The translations under genes and the position numbers were made by a program. From Longivirga aurantiaca (lineage in GTDB: Bacteria; Actinomycetota; Actinomycetes; S36-B12; CAIYMF01), in contig NZ_JBHSTI010000018.1 in assembly GCF_042660085.1 (NCBI RefSeq), forward strand, positions 1 through 22,537: a DNA stretch of 22,537 nucleotides, written 5' to 3'. Below are positions 1 through 7,293 of this stretch, one piece after another; position 1 is the first letter of the stretch; each line of letters starts with the position of its first letter. The notes beneath the pieces were generated by a model. The model worked only from the letters and a program-made list of their open reading frames with translations. It was not told the DNA's origin and made no database searches.

Positions 1-661
1 ACGTGGTGACGACCGCGGCCGACTCGAAGTAGAGATCGGGATGCATGCCGGCCTCGTCGGCCATCGGCAGCCACGACATCTCCATGGTCATGCCGAGCTC
101 GCCCGCGCTCGTGAACAGCACCGCGATCGACGACCAGAGGTACGCCGCCAGCACGCCGATCGACACGAGCGTGTCCATGCTGGTGGTGCCGTGCCGGGCG
201 TTGACCCACGCCGACCGGTGGAAGGGTGCGGCGCCCCACGTGACGACGACGGTGGTGAGCAGGAAGGCCATCCACTGCCAGCCGACGAACTGCAGCGGCA
301 TCACCATCGAGGTGAGCACCACGGGGACGCTGAGGACGGCGCTGACGCGCCAGCGGCGCCCGAGCTCGTCGGGGTCGTCGACGACGGCGGTGTCCGGGAG
401 GCGTACGCCGTACCCGGTGTTCTCCACGACCGCGACCAGGTCGTCGAACGTGACCCCGGCCGGGGCACGCACGGTGGCCGTCTCGGTCGCGTAGTTCACG
501 CTCGCGACCACGCCCGGCACCTTGTTGAGCTTCTTCTCGATGCGGTTGGCGCACGACGCGCAGGTCATGCCCGTGAGGTGCAGGTCCAGGAGCGCGTCGT
601 CCACACCGAGCCCCGCAGCGCCGGAGCGCGCGGTGGGGGTGCTGGCCGAGGGGGTGCTCAT
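1..661 (-). CDS. copA: Copper-translocating P-type ATPase, N-terminal part (5' end of the gene; it continues beyond the window start)
   Basis: This ORF is not in the supplied track. My own reverse-strand translation from ATG at 661..659 gives MSTPSASTPTARSGAAGLGVDDALLDLHLTGMTCASCANRIEKKLNKVPGVVASVNYATETATV... It has an HMA domain with a GMTCxxC motif, then TM helices (WQWMAFLLTTVVVTWGAAPFHRSAW...MDTLVSIGVLAAYLWS). AGGAGA lies 4 nt upstream of the ATG. It sits downstream of copZ and csoR. Confidence 0.9.
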   Translation of the reverse strand, partial: MSTPSASTPTARSGAAGLGVDDALLDLHLTGMTCASCANRIEKKLNKVPGVVASVNYATETATVRAPAGVTFDDLVAVVENTGYGVRLPDTAVVDDPDELGRRWRVSAVLSVPVVLTSMVMPLQFVGWQWMAFLLTTVVVTWGAAPFHRSAWVNARHGTTSMDTLVSIGVLAAYLWSSIAVLFTSAGELGMTMEMSWLPMADEAGMHPDLYFESAAVVTT

Positions 662-696
662 GACGTCTCCTGGTGTGGGTCGGGCGTGGGGGCGGA

Positions 697-906
697 TCAG
701 CTGGTGACGAGGGTGTAGCCGGCCTCGTCGATCGCGGCGGCGACGGCCTCGGTGCTGGGGTCGGCCTCGGCGGTCACGGTGACCTGGCCGCTCTCGAGCT
801 CGACGGCGACGGCGGTGACGCCGGGGATCAGCGAGACCTCCTCGGTCACCGCGGTCACGCAGTGCTGGCAGGTCATGCCCTGGACGGTCCAGACGGTGGT
901 GCTCAC
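697..906 (-). CDS. copZ: Heavy-metal-associated (HMA) copper chaperone, CopZ-like, 69 aa
   Basis: This is the C-terminal tail of the spurious track ORF 697..2319. It reads VSTTVWTVQGMTCQHCVTAVTEEVSLIPGVTAVAVELESGQVTVTAEADPSTEAVAAAIDEAGYTLVTS with an MTCxHC metal site. The start is GTG at 906, preceded by GAAGGAG. Confidence 0.9.
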   Translation of the reverse strand: MSTTVWTVQGMTCQHCVTAVTEEVSLIPGVTAVAVELESGQVTVTAEADPSTEAVAAAIDEAGYTLVTS

Positions 907-965
907 GTCGTGCTCCTTCGGGTGCGTTGCGGGGTTATGTGCAGCTGCGGGGTGGTGCCGCCGGG

Positions 966-1289
966 TCAGGACCGGACGAGCCGGGCGATGGCCGCGGACG
1001 CCTCGGCGATCTTGGCGTCGGCCTCGGCCCCGCCCTTGACCGCGGCGTCGCGGACGCAGTGGTCGAGGTGGTCCTCGAGCAGCAGGAGCGCGACGTTCTC
1101 GAGCGCGCGGGTGGCCGCGGACACCTGGGTCAGCACGTCGATGCAGTAGGTGTCCTGGTCGACCATGCGCGCGATGCCGCGCACCTGGCCCTCCACGCGG
1201 CGCAGCCGCGTGAGGATCGCGTCCTTGTCGCCCGCGTAGCCGTGCTGGTGCGTCACGTGTCCCGTGTCGTGCGGGTGCTCGTCGGTCAT
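966..1289 (-). CDS. csoR: CsoR/RcnR-family copper-sensing transcriptional repressor (DUF156)
   Basis: The 107-aa product includes ...ILTRLRRVEGQVRGIARMVDQDTYCIDVLTQVSAATRALENVALLLLEDHLDHCV... This carries the C-H-C ligand pattern typical of CsoR. AGGAGG lies 7 nt upstream of ATG 1289. It is the first gene of the csoR-copZ-copA cluster. Confidence 0.9.
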   Translation of the reverse strand: MTDEHPHDTGHVTHQHGYAGDKDAILTRLRRVEGQVRGIARMVDQDTYCIDVLTQVSAATRALENVALLLLEDHLDHCVRDAAVKGGAEADAKIAEASAAIARLVRS

Positions 1290-1317
1290 CGCCGTACCTC
1301 CTGGTCTGCTTCAACCA

Positions 1318-1336
1318 GGGTACCCCCCCAGGGTAT
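1318..1336. promoter_or_regulatory. Candidate CsoR operator (GC-rich pseudo-palindrome GGGTACCCCCCCAGGGTAT)
   Basis: TACCC (1321-1325) and GGGTA (1331-1335) are inverted repeats around a C-tract, 30-48 nt upstream of the csoR ATG. This resembles the TACCC-N-GGGGTA type of known CsoR operators. The octamer CCAGGGTA also occurs twice in direct orientation (1314-1321 and 1328-1335). Confidence 0.6.
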
Positions 1337-1382
1337 TTCCACCAGGCCAGTCCGACGTGGTCTCCCTCACGTCCGGACAGGG

Positions 1383-1418
1383 CGAAGGCCCGATCCCCCT
1401 GCGGGGATCGGGCCTTCG
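1383..1418 (-). terminator. Intrinsic-type terminator hairpin downstream of the NlpC/P60 gene
   Basis: A perfect 16-bp GC-rich stem (CGAAGGCCCGATCCCC / GGGGATCGGGCCTTCG) closes a 4-nt loop. It lies 28 nt after the stop at 1446 and before the csoR promoter region. There is no U-tract, which is common for actinobacterial terminators. Confidence 0.7.
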
Positions 1419-1445
1419 GAGAGAGAGGTGCTGGGGTTCCGCGCC

Positions 1446-2075
1446 TCAGACGAGGCGGACGGCGCCGCTGTAGCGCTGGCCGTACCAGCCGCTGAAGACG
1501 TAGTCGACCTTGACGTCCGTGCGCGGGTTGGTCGCGCTGATCATCTTGCCGTTGCCGACGTACAGGCCCACGTGGTGCGCGCCGTACTTGAAGAAGAAGA
1601 CGAGGTCGCCGGGCTTGAGGTACCTCTTCTGGACGCGGATGCCGGCGTAGAACTGCGCCTTCGAGTAGTGCGGCAGCGTCTTGCCGTACGCGTACTTCGC
1701 GATGTAGCGCGTGAGGCCGGAGCAGTCGAACTTCGTCGGACCGGACCAGCCCGCGACATACGCAGCACCGAGCTTGGTCTTCGCGAGCTCGACCGCGCGC
1801 CAGCGCTTGATCGCCTTCACGCGCGCGGCGATCTGCGCCGCGGTCAGGGTGGTGGCCGTGGTCGTCGTCGCCGTGGCGGTCGCGGTACGGGTGGCGGTGG
1901 TCGTCGCCGTCGGGGTCAGCGTGGTCGTGGTGACCGCGGTGGTGGTCGGTTCGATCGGCGTAGACGTGGCCGCCGAGGCGGATCCGGCGCCGGCGAGGCC
2001 GATGGTCAGGGCGGCGGAGACGAGCAGCGTGGCCGGCAGGGCACGGCGACGCGCAGCGGTGAGCACGGGGAGCAC
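1446..2075 (-). CDS. Secreted NlpC/P60-family peptidoglycan endopeptidase with a Thr-rich linker
   Basis: The N-terminus (VLPVLTAARRRALPATLLVSAALTIGLAGAGSASA) looks like a signal peptide. A Thr/Ala low-complexity linker follows. The C-terminal part has the catalytic-Cys context FDCSGLTRY and HVGLYVGNGKMISA, typical of NlpC/P60. The start is GTG at 2075 with GAGAGGA upstream. Confidence 0.9.
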   Translation of the reverse strand: MLPVLTAARRRALPATLLVSAALTIGLAGAGSASAATSTPIEPTTTAVTTTTLTPTATTTATRTATATATTTTATTLTAAQIAARVKAIKRWRAVELAKTKLGAAYVAGWSGPTKFDCSGLTRYIAKYAYGKTLPHYSKAQFYAGIRVQKRYLKPGDLVFFFKYGAHHVGLYVGNGKMISATNPRTDVKVDYVFSGWYGQRYSGAVRLV

Positions 2076-2094
2076 AGGTGTCCGATCCTCTCGA

Positions 2095-2229
2095 CGCCGA
2101 CCGGGTTAGCTGACGGGCTCGGGCTAAGAGGTGCCCTACGCGGGGGCCGTGAGGCCGTCCGTGATTCGCCCCGGAGTGCTTGGGTCCCCGGCTCGCCGGC
2201 GGTGAGAGCCGCCGGCGATTGAGCGCGTC
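2095..2229 (-). promoter_or_regulatory. c-di-AMP riboswitch (ydaO/yuaA class) in the 5' leader of the NlpC/P60 gene
   Basis: The minus strand reads CGCTCAATCGCCGGCGG...GAGCCGGGGACCCAAGCACTCCGGGGCGAATCAC...GTAGGGCACCTCTTAGCCCGAGCCCGTCAGCTAACCCGGTCGGCG. This matches the conserved ydaO blocks as I recall them: CGCUNAAUC, GGGGACCCA, GGGGNGAAUC, GUAGGGC and CCCGANCCCGUCAGCUAACC...GCG. It ends about 20 nt before the RBS and GTG start. Confidence 0.85.
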
Positions 2230-2271
2230 ACCCGTGCCCGGCGAACCCGGACAGGTGCAGGTGACTGACAG

Positions 2272-2302
2272 AAAGTAAGCAACGCCCCCCGAGAGGGTCC
2301 AA
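2272..2302 (-). promoter_or_regulatory. Candidate sigma-70-type promoter for the riboswitch-NlpC/P60 transcript
   Basis: The minus strand has TTGGAC (2302..2297), then 18-19 nt, then TTACTT/TACTTT (2278..2272). It lies about 45 nt upstream of the riboswitch P1. The spacing is slightly long, so this is tentative. Confidence 0.35.
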
Positions 2303-2434
2303 ACCCGGTGTCCGGTCACGGGACGGTAACGGAAAGGAGGAAACGGACAACAGCCCAGGTCGCAACGGCTCTCGAGCGGTCGTTACGGCTACGTCGTGTG
2401 ACGAGGGTCTCAGCGCTCGGTGACCATCGGGCGG

Positions 2435-3307
2435 TCAGCGGGCAGCGAGGACGGCCTCGACGAGCTGGGCGAGGCCGTCGTCCTCCGGGCCCGGCAGCAG
2501 CGCCGCGGCCGCGGCGCGCGCGGCGGGGTGGCCGGTCTCCACCGCGAGGCCGACTCCCGCCTCGACGAGCATGGGGACGTCGTTGGGCATGTCCCCCACC
2601 GCGGCCACCGATGACAGCGGCACCCCGAGCCGGGCGGCCTGGTGCGCGAGCGCGGCGCCCTTGCTGACGCCCAGGGCGCTCATCTCGATGAGCACGTCGT
2701 CCGATGCCGAGTGCGTCGCGGTGACGAGGTGGCTGACGTGCCCGAGCGTGACGTCGAGCAGGGCGTCGACGTCGTGCCGCGCCGGATGGTCGCCGCCGTC
2801 GATGCGCGCGAGCAGCTTGATGACCGGGTGCCGTGCGGCGAGCGTGAGGATGTCGCCGTGCTCGACGCCGGCGACCCGGTAGCGCGCGCGGTACGACGGC
2901 TCGTGCGCGAAGTCGTCGGCGTCCGCAGGGCTGTCCCACTCGAGCGCGAACGCGACGCCCTCGATCTCCGAGCGCAGCGCTGCGACCGTCTCGGCGACGA
3001 CGTCGTACGCGATGGGGTGCGTCTCGAGCACCGCATGGGTGTCGAGGTCTATGACGAGCGCACCGTTCGCGCAGACGCCGATCCCGGCGTGCCCGGTGGC
3101 CTCGACCACCGGGGGCAGCCAGCGCGGCGGCCGACCGGTCACGAACACCACCGGCAGACCGGCCGCCCGGGCCGCGGCGAACGCGTCGATCGTCCGGGAC
3201 GACACCGTGTTGTCGGGCCGCAGCAGCGTGCCGTCGAGGTCGGTGGCGACCATCTGCACCCCGCCGGGAACTGCCGCCACCAGCTCGCGCCACCCTCGGT
3301 CCGTCAC
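2435..3307 (-). CDS. HAD-superfamily hydrolase, Cof-type (HAD-IIB) phosphatase
   Basis: Motif I is MVATDLDGTLL. Later motifs are VVFVTGRPP and AVGDMPNDVPMLVEAG, as in Cof/YbiV-like proteins. The start is uncertain. I chose GTG 3307 (VTDRGW...). ATG 3253 (MVATDLDGT) is the alternative. The track start at 3397 would overlap the amidase gene. Confidence 0.8.
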   Translation of the reverse strand: MTDRGWRELVAAVPGGVQMVATDLDGTLLRPDNTVSSRTIDAFAAARAAGLPVVFVTGRPPRWLPPVVEATGHAGIGVCANGALVIDLDTHAVLETHPIAYDVVAETVAALRSEIEGVAFALEWDSPADADDFAHEPSYRARYRVAGVEHGDILTLAARHPVIKLLARIDGGDHPARHDVDALLDVTLGHVSHLVTATHSASDDVLIEMSALGVSKGAALAHQAARLGVPLSSVAAVGDMPNDVPMLVEAGVGLAVETGHPAARAAAAALLPGPEDDGLAQLVEAVLAAR

Positions 3308-3353
3308 GGCCCCACCCTGCCGTGCCCCCGAGCCGGCAGGCGAACCGCCCCGG

Positions 3354-4865
3354 TCAGCCGCGGGTGGCGGGGGTGAACGTCGGGCGCAGGGCGCCATCGG
3401 CGCGCAGCCCGAGGATCTCCTCGACCACGTGACCTACCGCGACCAGCGTCGCCTCGGTGTGCGGCCGTCCGATGAGCGTGAGGCCCACCGGCAGGCCGTC
3501 GACGAACCCCATGGGCAGGCACAGCACCGGCCAGCCCGCGATGGACGGTGCCGGGCTCGCGAGGCCGCCGCCGGCGAAGTGGTCGCCGTTGGTGAGGTCG
3601 CTCTTCCAGGCCGGGCAGTACGCCGGGGCGATGAGCAGGTCGATGTCGTCGTCGGCGTCGAACGCGGCCTGCAGGTTCTTCGTCACCGCCCAGTCGAGGC
3701 AGATCTGCCGCGCCTCGTCGTACCTCTGGCCGGCCCGGCCGCCCGATGCGAGCGCCATCTCGAGCAGGCTCTGGTCGAAGAACGCGAGCTCGGTGTCGGC
3801 GTTCTCGCGGTTGAACTCCACGATGTCGGCCATGGTCGGCGCACCTGCGCCGAACCTGTCGAGCAGGTAGGCGTTCATGTCGTCGAGCATCTCGCCGACG
3901 AGCACCACGAGCTCGTTGTCCTCGTACTCGCCGGTGTGCGTGACCTCCGACGTCACGAGCGTGATGCCGCCGTCGAAGAGCGCCTGCGTGACTCCGAGGA
4001 ACACGTCGTCGGTCGCGATGTGGCCCGAGAGCCAGGAGTTCGCGACGCCGAGGGTGATGTCGTCGGCGGCCAGGCTGCCGATCGCGGTCGCGTACGCCGC
4101 CGAGCCGGTCAGCACGTCGAGCAGCAGAGCGACGTCGCGCACCGAGCGCGCCATCGGGCCGGGCATGTCCTGGCTCGCGCTGATCGGCACGATGCCCGCG
4201 GTCGGCACGAGCCCGAGGGTGGGCTTGAGGCCGGTGATCCCGTTGAGCGAGCTCGGGCATGTGATCGAGCCGTCGGTCTCGGTGCCGATCGCGAGCGGGG
4301 CGAGGCCGGCTGCGACGGCGGCGCCGCTGCCGGACGACGAGCCGCCTGCGCTGCGGTCGAGCGCCCACGGGTTGCCGGTGAGCCCGCCGAGGGCGGACCA
4401 GCCGGAGGTGGATCGGTTCGAGCGGAGGTTGGCCCACTCCGAGAGGTTGGTGACGCCGAGCACGATCAGCCCGGCCGCGCGCATCGAGGCGACGATCGGG
4501 GCGTCGCGGGTCGCCGGCCGGCCGTCGAAGAACAGCGACCCGGCCGACGCCGGCATGCCGAGCACCTCGACGTTGTCCTTCACCACGACCGGTACGCCGT
4601 GCAGCGCGCTGCGCACCGTGCCTGCCGCGCGCTCGGCGTCGAGCCGGTCGGCCTGCTCGAGCGCATCGGGGCACACCGCGAGGATCGAGCGCAGGTGCAC
4701 CGCGCCCGGGCCGTCGACGGCCTCGATCCGCCCGAGCAGCGTGCGGACGATCGCGACCGAGGTCGTGCGTCCGGCGGCGAGCTCGTCGGCCAGGGCGCTC
4801 GCGTCGGAGAAGCCGAGATCGGCGCTGGCGGCGTGCGGGTCGAGCGAGGCGTGGGGGCTGGTCAC
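3354..4865 (-). CDS. Amidase-signature (AS) family amidase
   Basis: The sequence contains the GGSSSGSGAAVAAG signature, plus ...VVVKDNVEVLGMPASAGS... and TDGSITCPSS. I prefer GTG 4865 as the start because codons 4866-4910 use rare A/T-ending codons. GTG 4910 is the alternative. Confidence 0.85.
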   Translation of the reverse strand: MTSPHASLDPHAASADLGFSDASALADELAAGRTTSVAIVRTLLGRIEAVDGPGAVHLRSILAVCPDALEQADRLDAERAAGTVRSALHGVPVVVKDNVEVLGMPASAGSLFFDGRPATRDAPIVASMRAAGLIVLGVTNLSEWANLRSNRSTSGWSALGGLTGNPWALDRSAGGSSSGSGAAVAAGLAPLAIGTETDGSITCPSSLNGITGLKPTLGLVPTAGIVPISASQDMPGPMARSVRDVALLLDVLTGSAAYATAIGSLAADDITLGVANSWLSGHIATDDVFLGVTQALFDGGITLVTSEVTHTGEYEDNELVVLVGEMLDDMNAYLLDRFGAGAPTMADIVEFNRENADTELAFFDQSLLEMALASGGRAGQRYDEARQICLDWAVTKNLQAAFDADDDIDLLIAPAYCPAWKSDLTNGDHFAGGGLASPAPSIAGWPVLCLPMGFVDGLPVGLTLIGRPHTEATLVAVGHVVEEILGLRADGALRPTFTPATRG

Positions 4866-5056
4866 GCGCGGAGCCTGCCACGCCGGGCTCGGCGTCGCAG
4901 GAGATGCCACGGGCCGGAGCTGTGCGCGGCGGTCGCGATGACGGTGGCCTTCGTCGCAGGCGGGAGTCCGCGGGCACTCCTCGGCGCTGCCCGGCGTACG
5001 ACGGGAACGCTGTGGACGCCGGAGGCGTGGCCCGGGGAGGATCGGCGGCGGAGGAG

Positions 5057-5656
5057 ATGCCCGTGGACCAGCGACGTGCCACGACCGCGGACGCCGACCC
5101 CATCGGCGACGTCATCACCCGAGTCTTCGCAGCCGACCCGCTCTGGGGGCCCGCCCTCGCGCGGCCGGACGGCCGCACCCACCACCTGCGCGCCTACTGG
5201 GACCTCTTCGTCGCCGGGGCGCTGCGGTTCGACTGCACGGGGATCGCCGGTGAGGTCGACGCGGTCACCGTGTGGATCCCGCCGGGCGAGGACGAGCTGA
5301 GCCCTGACCAGTTCGAGGCCGTGCTGGCGCTGCTGCGCGCCGAGCTGCCTGGCTCGGTGGACGACCTCGTCGAGCTGTTCGACCGGTTCGAGACGGTGCA
5401 CCCGCACGACGAGCCGCACTACTACCTGTCGCTGTTCGCGACGAAGCCCGAGAGCCGCGGGCGGGGCATCGGCATGGACCTGCTGCGCACGGATGTTGCA
5501 GCGTTCGACGCCGAGGGCGTGCCGACGTACCTCGAGTCGTCGAACCCGGGCAATGACGCCCGGTACGCCGCGGTCGGCTACCGGCCCGTGGGCAGGTTCG
5601 AGCACCCGAGCACCGGCGCCGTCGTCACGACGATGTGGCGCCCGGTCGGCGGCTGA
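5057..5656 (+). CDS. GNAT-family N-acetyltransferase (about 199 aa)
   Basis: The acetyl-CoA-binding core reads YYLSLFATKPESRGRGIGMDLL, followed by ...YLESSNPGNDARYAAVGYRPVG. ATG 5057 follows GGCGGAGGAG. The upstream part of track ORF 4904.. is Arg/Gly-rich junk. Confidence 0.85.
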   Translation: MPVDQRRATTADADPIGDVITRVFAADPLWGPALARPDGRTHHLRAYWDLFVAGALRFDCTGIAGEVDAVTVWIPPGEDELSPDQFEAVLALLRAELPGSVDDLVELFDRFETVHPHDEPHYYLSLFATKPESRGRGIGMDLLRTDVAAFDAEGVPTYLESSNPGNDARYAAVGYRPVGRFEHPSTGAVVTTMWRPVGG

Positions 5657-5678
5657 CCGCAGCACGTCGATCGGGTCC

Positions 5679-5709
5679 GTGTGCGATGAAGGGGGCCTTC
5701 ATCGCACAC
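5679..5709. terminator. Bidirectional terminator hairpin between convergent genes
   Basis: A perfect 14-bp stem (GTGTGCGATGAAGG / CCTTCATCGCACAC) closes a GGG loop. It lies 23 nt after the GNAT stop (plus strand) and 81 nt after the stop of the minus-strand gene ending at 5790. Confidence 0.7.
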
Positions 5710-5789
5710 CCCGGCCTCCAGCTGTGGATCCGTCCCCTCCCGTGCCGTGAAGGCCCCGGGACATGCCGGATTGCCACATCCAGCCTCCG

Positions 5790-6275
5790 TCAGCCGTCGA
5801 GCTGCTCGGTGGCGCCGGCGAGGGAGTTGGTGCCGGCGAAGAGCGCCGAGAGGTCGAGCGAGGTCACGCGGTGCTTGGACGCGAGGGTCACGTAGCGCCG
5901 CGCGAGCGCGTCCTTGGCGATGCCGAACACCGTGCTGAGCAGGCCGACGGACTCCGCGAGGTCCTCGGGCTCCTCGGCCGGGACGACCTGGCGCCACATC
6001 GCGGACTCCAGGACGTTGAAGGCGTGCTGGACCTCCGAGACGTCGAAGCCGGCGGCGAACCGCTCCTCGGCGACGGCGTCGGCGTACGCGATGATCGCGG
6101 CCACGTCGCGGTGGCCGATCGCTGCCTGCACGAGGTCGTACAGGCTCTCGAGCCGGGCCCGGGTGAACTCGGGGCCGGCGGTCTCGTAGTGGTGGAGCTG
6201 GAGCTGTGCCAGCTCTGCGGACGCATCGTCGAGGATGTGGTCGCGCAGAGTGCGCAGCGTGGTGTCGAGCTTCAT
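5790..6275 (-). CDS. Hypothetical all-helical protein, possibly an RsbRD_N-like (non-haem globin-type) sensor domain, stand-alone
   Basis: ATG 6275 is preceded by GGAGG with 6-nt spacing. The product begins MKLDTTLRTLRDHILDDASAELAQLQLHHYETAGPEFTRARLESLYDLV...FDVSEVQHAFNVLESAMWRQVV. The family call rests on my recollection of RsbR N-terminal domains only. Coding status is supported by high GC3. Confidence 0.6.
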   Translation of the reverse strand: MKLDTTLRTLRDHILDDASAELAQLQLHHYETAGPEFTRARLESLYDLVQAAIGHRDVAAIIAYADAVAEERFAAGFDVSEVQHAFNVLESAMWRQVVPAEEPEDLAESVGLLSTVFGIAKDALARRYVTLASKHRVTSLDLSALFAGTNSLAGATEQLDG

Positions 6276-6451
6276 CAGTCGCCTCCAGGGGCTCACCTCG
6301 ATCGTCCACCCGGTGTCCACCACCGCGCGTGCTCGGGGGCGCACGGTGTCTGACGGGTCACGCTTGCGCCGTTGTCGGCACGTCGTGGGCGCCGACGGCG
6401 TACGGCGAACGCTGTCGCGCGGCGTCGGTGGGCGCGGCTAGCGTCGCGGGC

Positions 6452-6934
6452 ATGGTCAGCGTGCGGCTCGAGCCGATGTCCCGTGACGAGTACGACGCCT
6501 ACCGGGTCACGGCCGAGCGCGAGTACGCCGACAGCTTCCGCGACTCCGGGTCGCTGCCCGAGGCCGAGGCGGTGGAGCGGGCGGCCGAGGACTACGCGCG
6601 GATCCTCCCCGACGGCTTCGACACCGAGGGCCACCTGTTCTGGACGGCGTATAACGCCTCGGGCGACGACGGCGCGGTGGGGATGCTGTGGCTGCACCTG
6701 CGTCCGACGTCGGAGGGGCTGACGGCATTCGGCTACGACTTCGCGGTGCGCGAGGACCTGCGCCGCTCGGGCTACGGCCGCGCGATCATGCTGGCCGCCG
6801 AGGCCGAGTGCCGTGCCCTCGGCGTCGTGTCGGTCGGGCTCAACGTGTTCGGCCACAACCGCGGGGCGCAGGCGCTCTACGAGCAGATGGGCTTCGAGAT
6901 CACCGGCATCCAGATGTCCAAGCGCCTCGATTGA
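6452..6934 (+). CDS. GNAT-family N-acetyltransferase (160 aa)
   Basis: The product begins MVSVRLEPMSRDEYDAYR and contains ...FAVREDLRRSGYGRAIMLAAEAECRALG...NRGAQALYEQMGFEITG (Q/RxxGxG/A motif). A TAGCGT -10-like hexamer lies 7 nt upstream of ATG 6452 and there is no SD, so the mRNA may be leaderless. Confidence 0.85.
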   Translation: MVSVRLEPMSRDEYDAYRVTAEREYADSFRDSGSLPEAEAVERAAEDYARILPDGFDTEGHLFWTAYNASGDDGAVGMLWLHLRPTSEGLTAFGYDFAVREDLRRSGYGRAIMLAAEAECRALGVVSVGLNVFGHNRGAQALYEQMGFEITGIQMSKRLD

Positions 6935-6936
6935 GG

Positions 6937-7266
6937 TCAGGCCTCGACCCAGCCGGCGACGGCGCGCCAGCCCCTGTGCACGCGCACGCTGCGGTGCGCG
7001 ACCTTCCAGCGGTCGTGGCCGAACCCCTCGCGCACCTCGGGCAGCTGCGGGCGCGGCAGCTCGTCGAGCACTCCGGCCGGCTGCTTGCTCGCGCCGGCCA
7101 TGAGCAGGGTGAACCCGTCGGGCAGCCACACGAGGATCACGTTGCGGCGCAAGCCCGGCGGGCCGACGGTGCCGGGGACGGCGTGCTCGACGTCATCGCG
7201 CCCGAGCCAGGTGCCGACCTCGTGGCGAGACGCCTGCAGCGCGGCGCGGAGCCGGTCGTCGCCCAT
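6937..7266 (-). CDS. Hypothetical protein (109 aa), no family recognised
   Basis: Very high third-position GC points to real coding. ATG 7266 lies 27 nt downstream of the preceding GNAT stop, so it is probably co-transcribed. It converges on the plus-strand GNAT with a 2-nt gap. Confidence 0.6.
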   Translation of the reverse strand: MGDDRLRAALQASRHEVGTWLGRDDVEHAVPGTVGPPGLRRNVILVWLPDGFTLLMAGASKQPAGVLDELPRPQLPEVREGFGHDRWKVAHRSVRVHRGWRAVAGWVEA

Positions 7267-7293
7267 GCCGTGATCGTGCCCCGTACGCCGTCC

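Noticed and set aside
907-965. A second CsoR operator between csoR and copZ (the ACCCCGCA direct repeat and GCAGCTGC palindrome)
   Set aside because: There is no ACCCC/GGGGT inverted pair like the site upstream of csoR. The motifs are short and GC-rich, so chance occurrence is likely.
697-2319. A 540-aa minus-strand ORF spanning the copZ, csoR and NlpC/P60 region
   Set aside because: Only its last 69 codons (copZ) look like protein. The rest is Arg/Pro/Gly-rich read-through in the wrong frame across genes that have clear motifs in other frames. This is a typical high-GC artefact.
2308-2434. A strong AAGGAGG (2333-2339) on the plus strand, suggesting a small gene between the HAD gene and the riboswitch promoter
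   Set aside because: There is no ATG, GTG or TTG at a usable distance downstream. The only ORF (2308..2667) starts before the SD, runs antisense through the HAD gene and has an Arg-rich translation.
4904-5056. N-terminal extensions offered by the ORF track (for example 4904 for GNAT-1, 6206 for GNAT-2, 9474..10121 for bpa, 10244 for SET, 16538 for the carboxyltransferase)
   Set aside because: The extensions are Arg/Gly/Cys/Trp-rich and lack an RBS. They often overlap divergent promoters or neighbouring genes. Internal starts with an SD or a family-typical N-terminus were preferred.
3012-5300. 762-aa plus-strand and 624-aa minus-strand (3304..5178) ORFs overlapping the amidase
   Set aside because: Both have Arg/Ala/Gly/Pro-dominated low-complexity translations with no motifs. 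The amidase frame (GGSSSGS signature, high GC3) explains the region.
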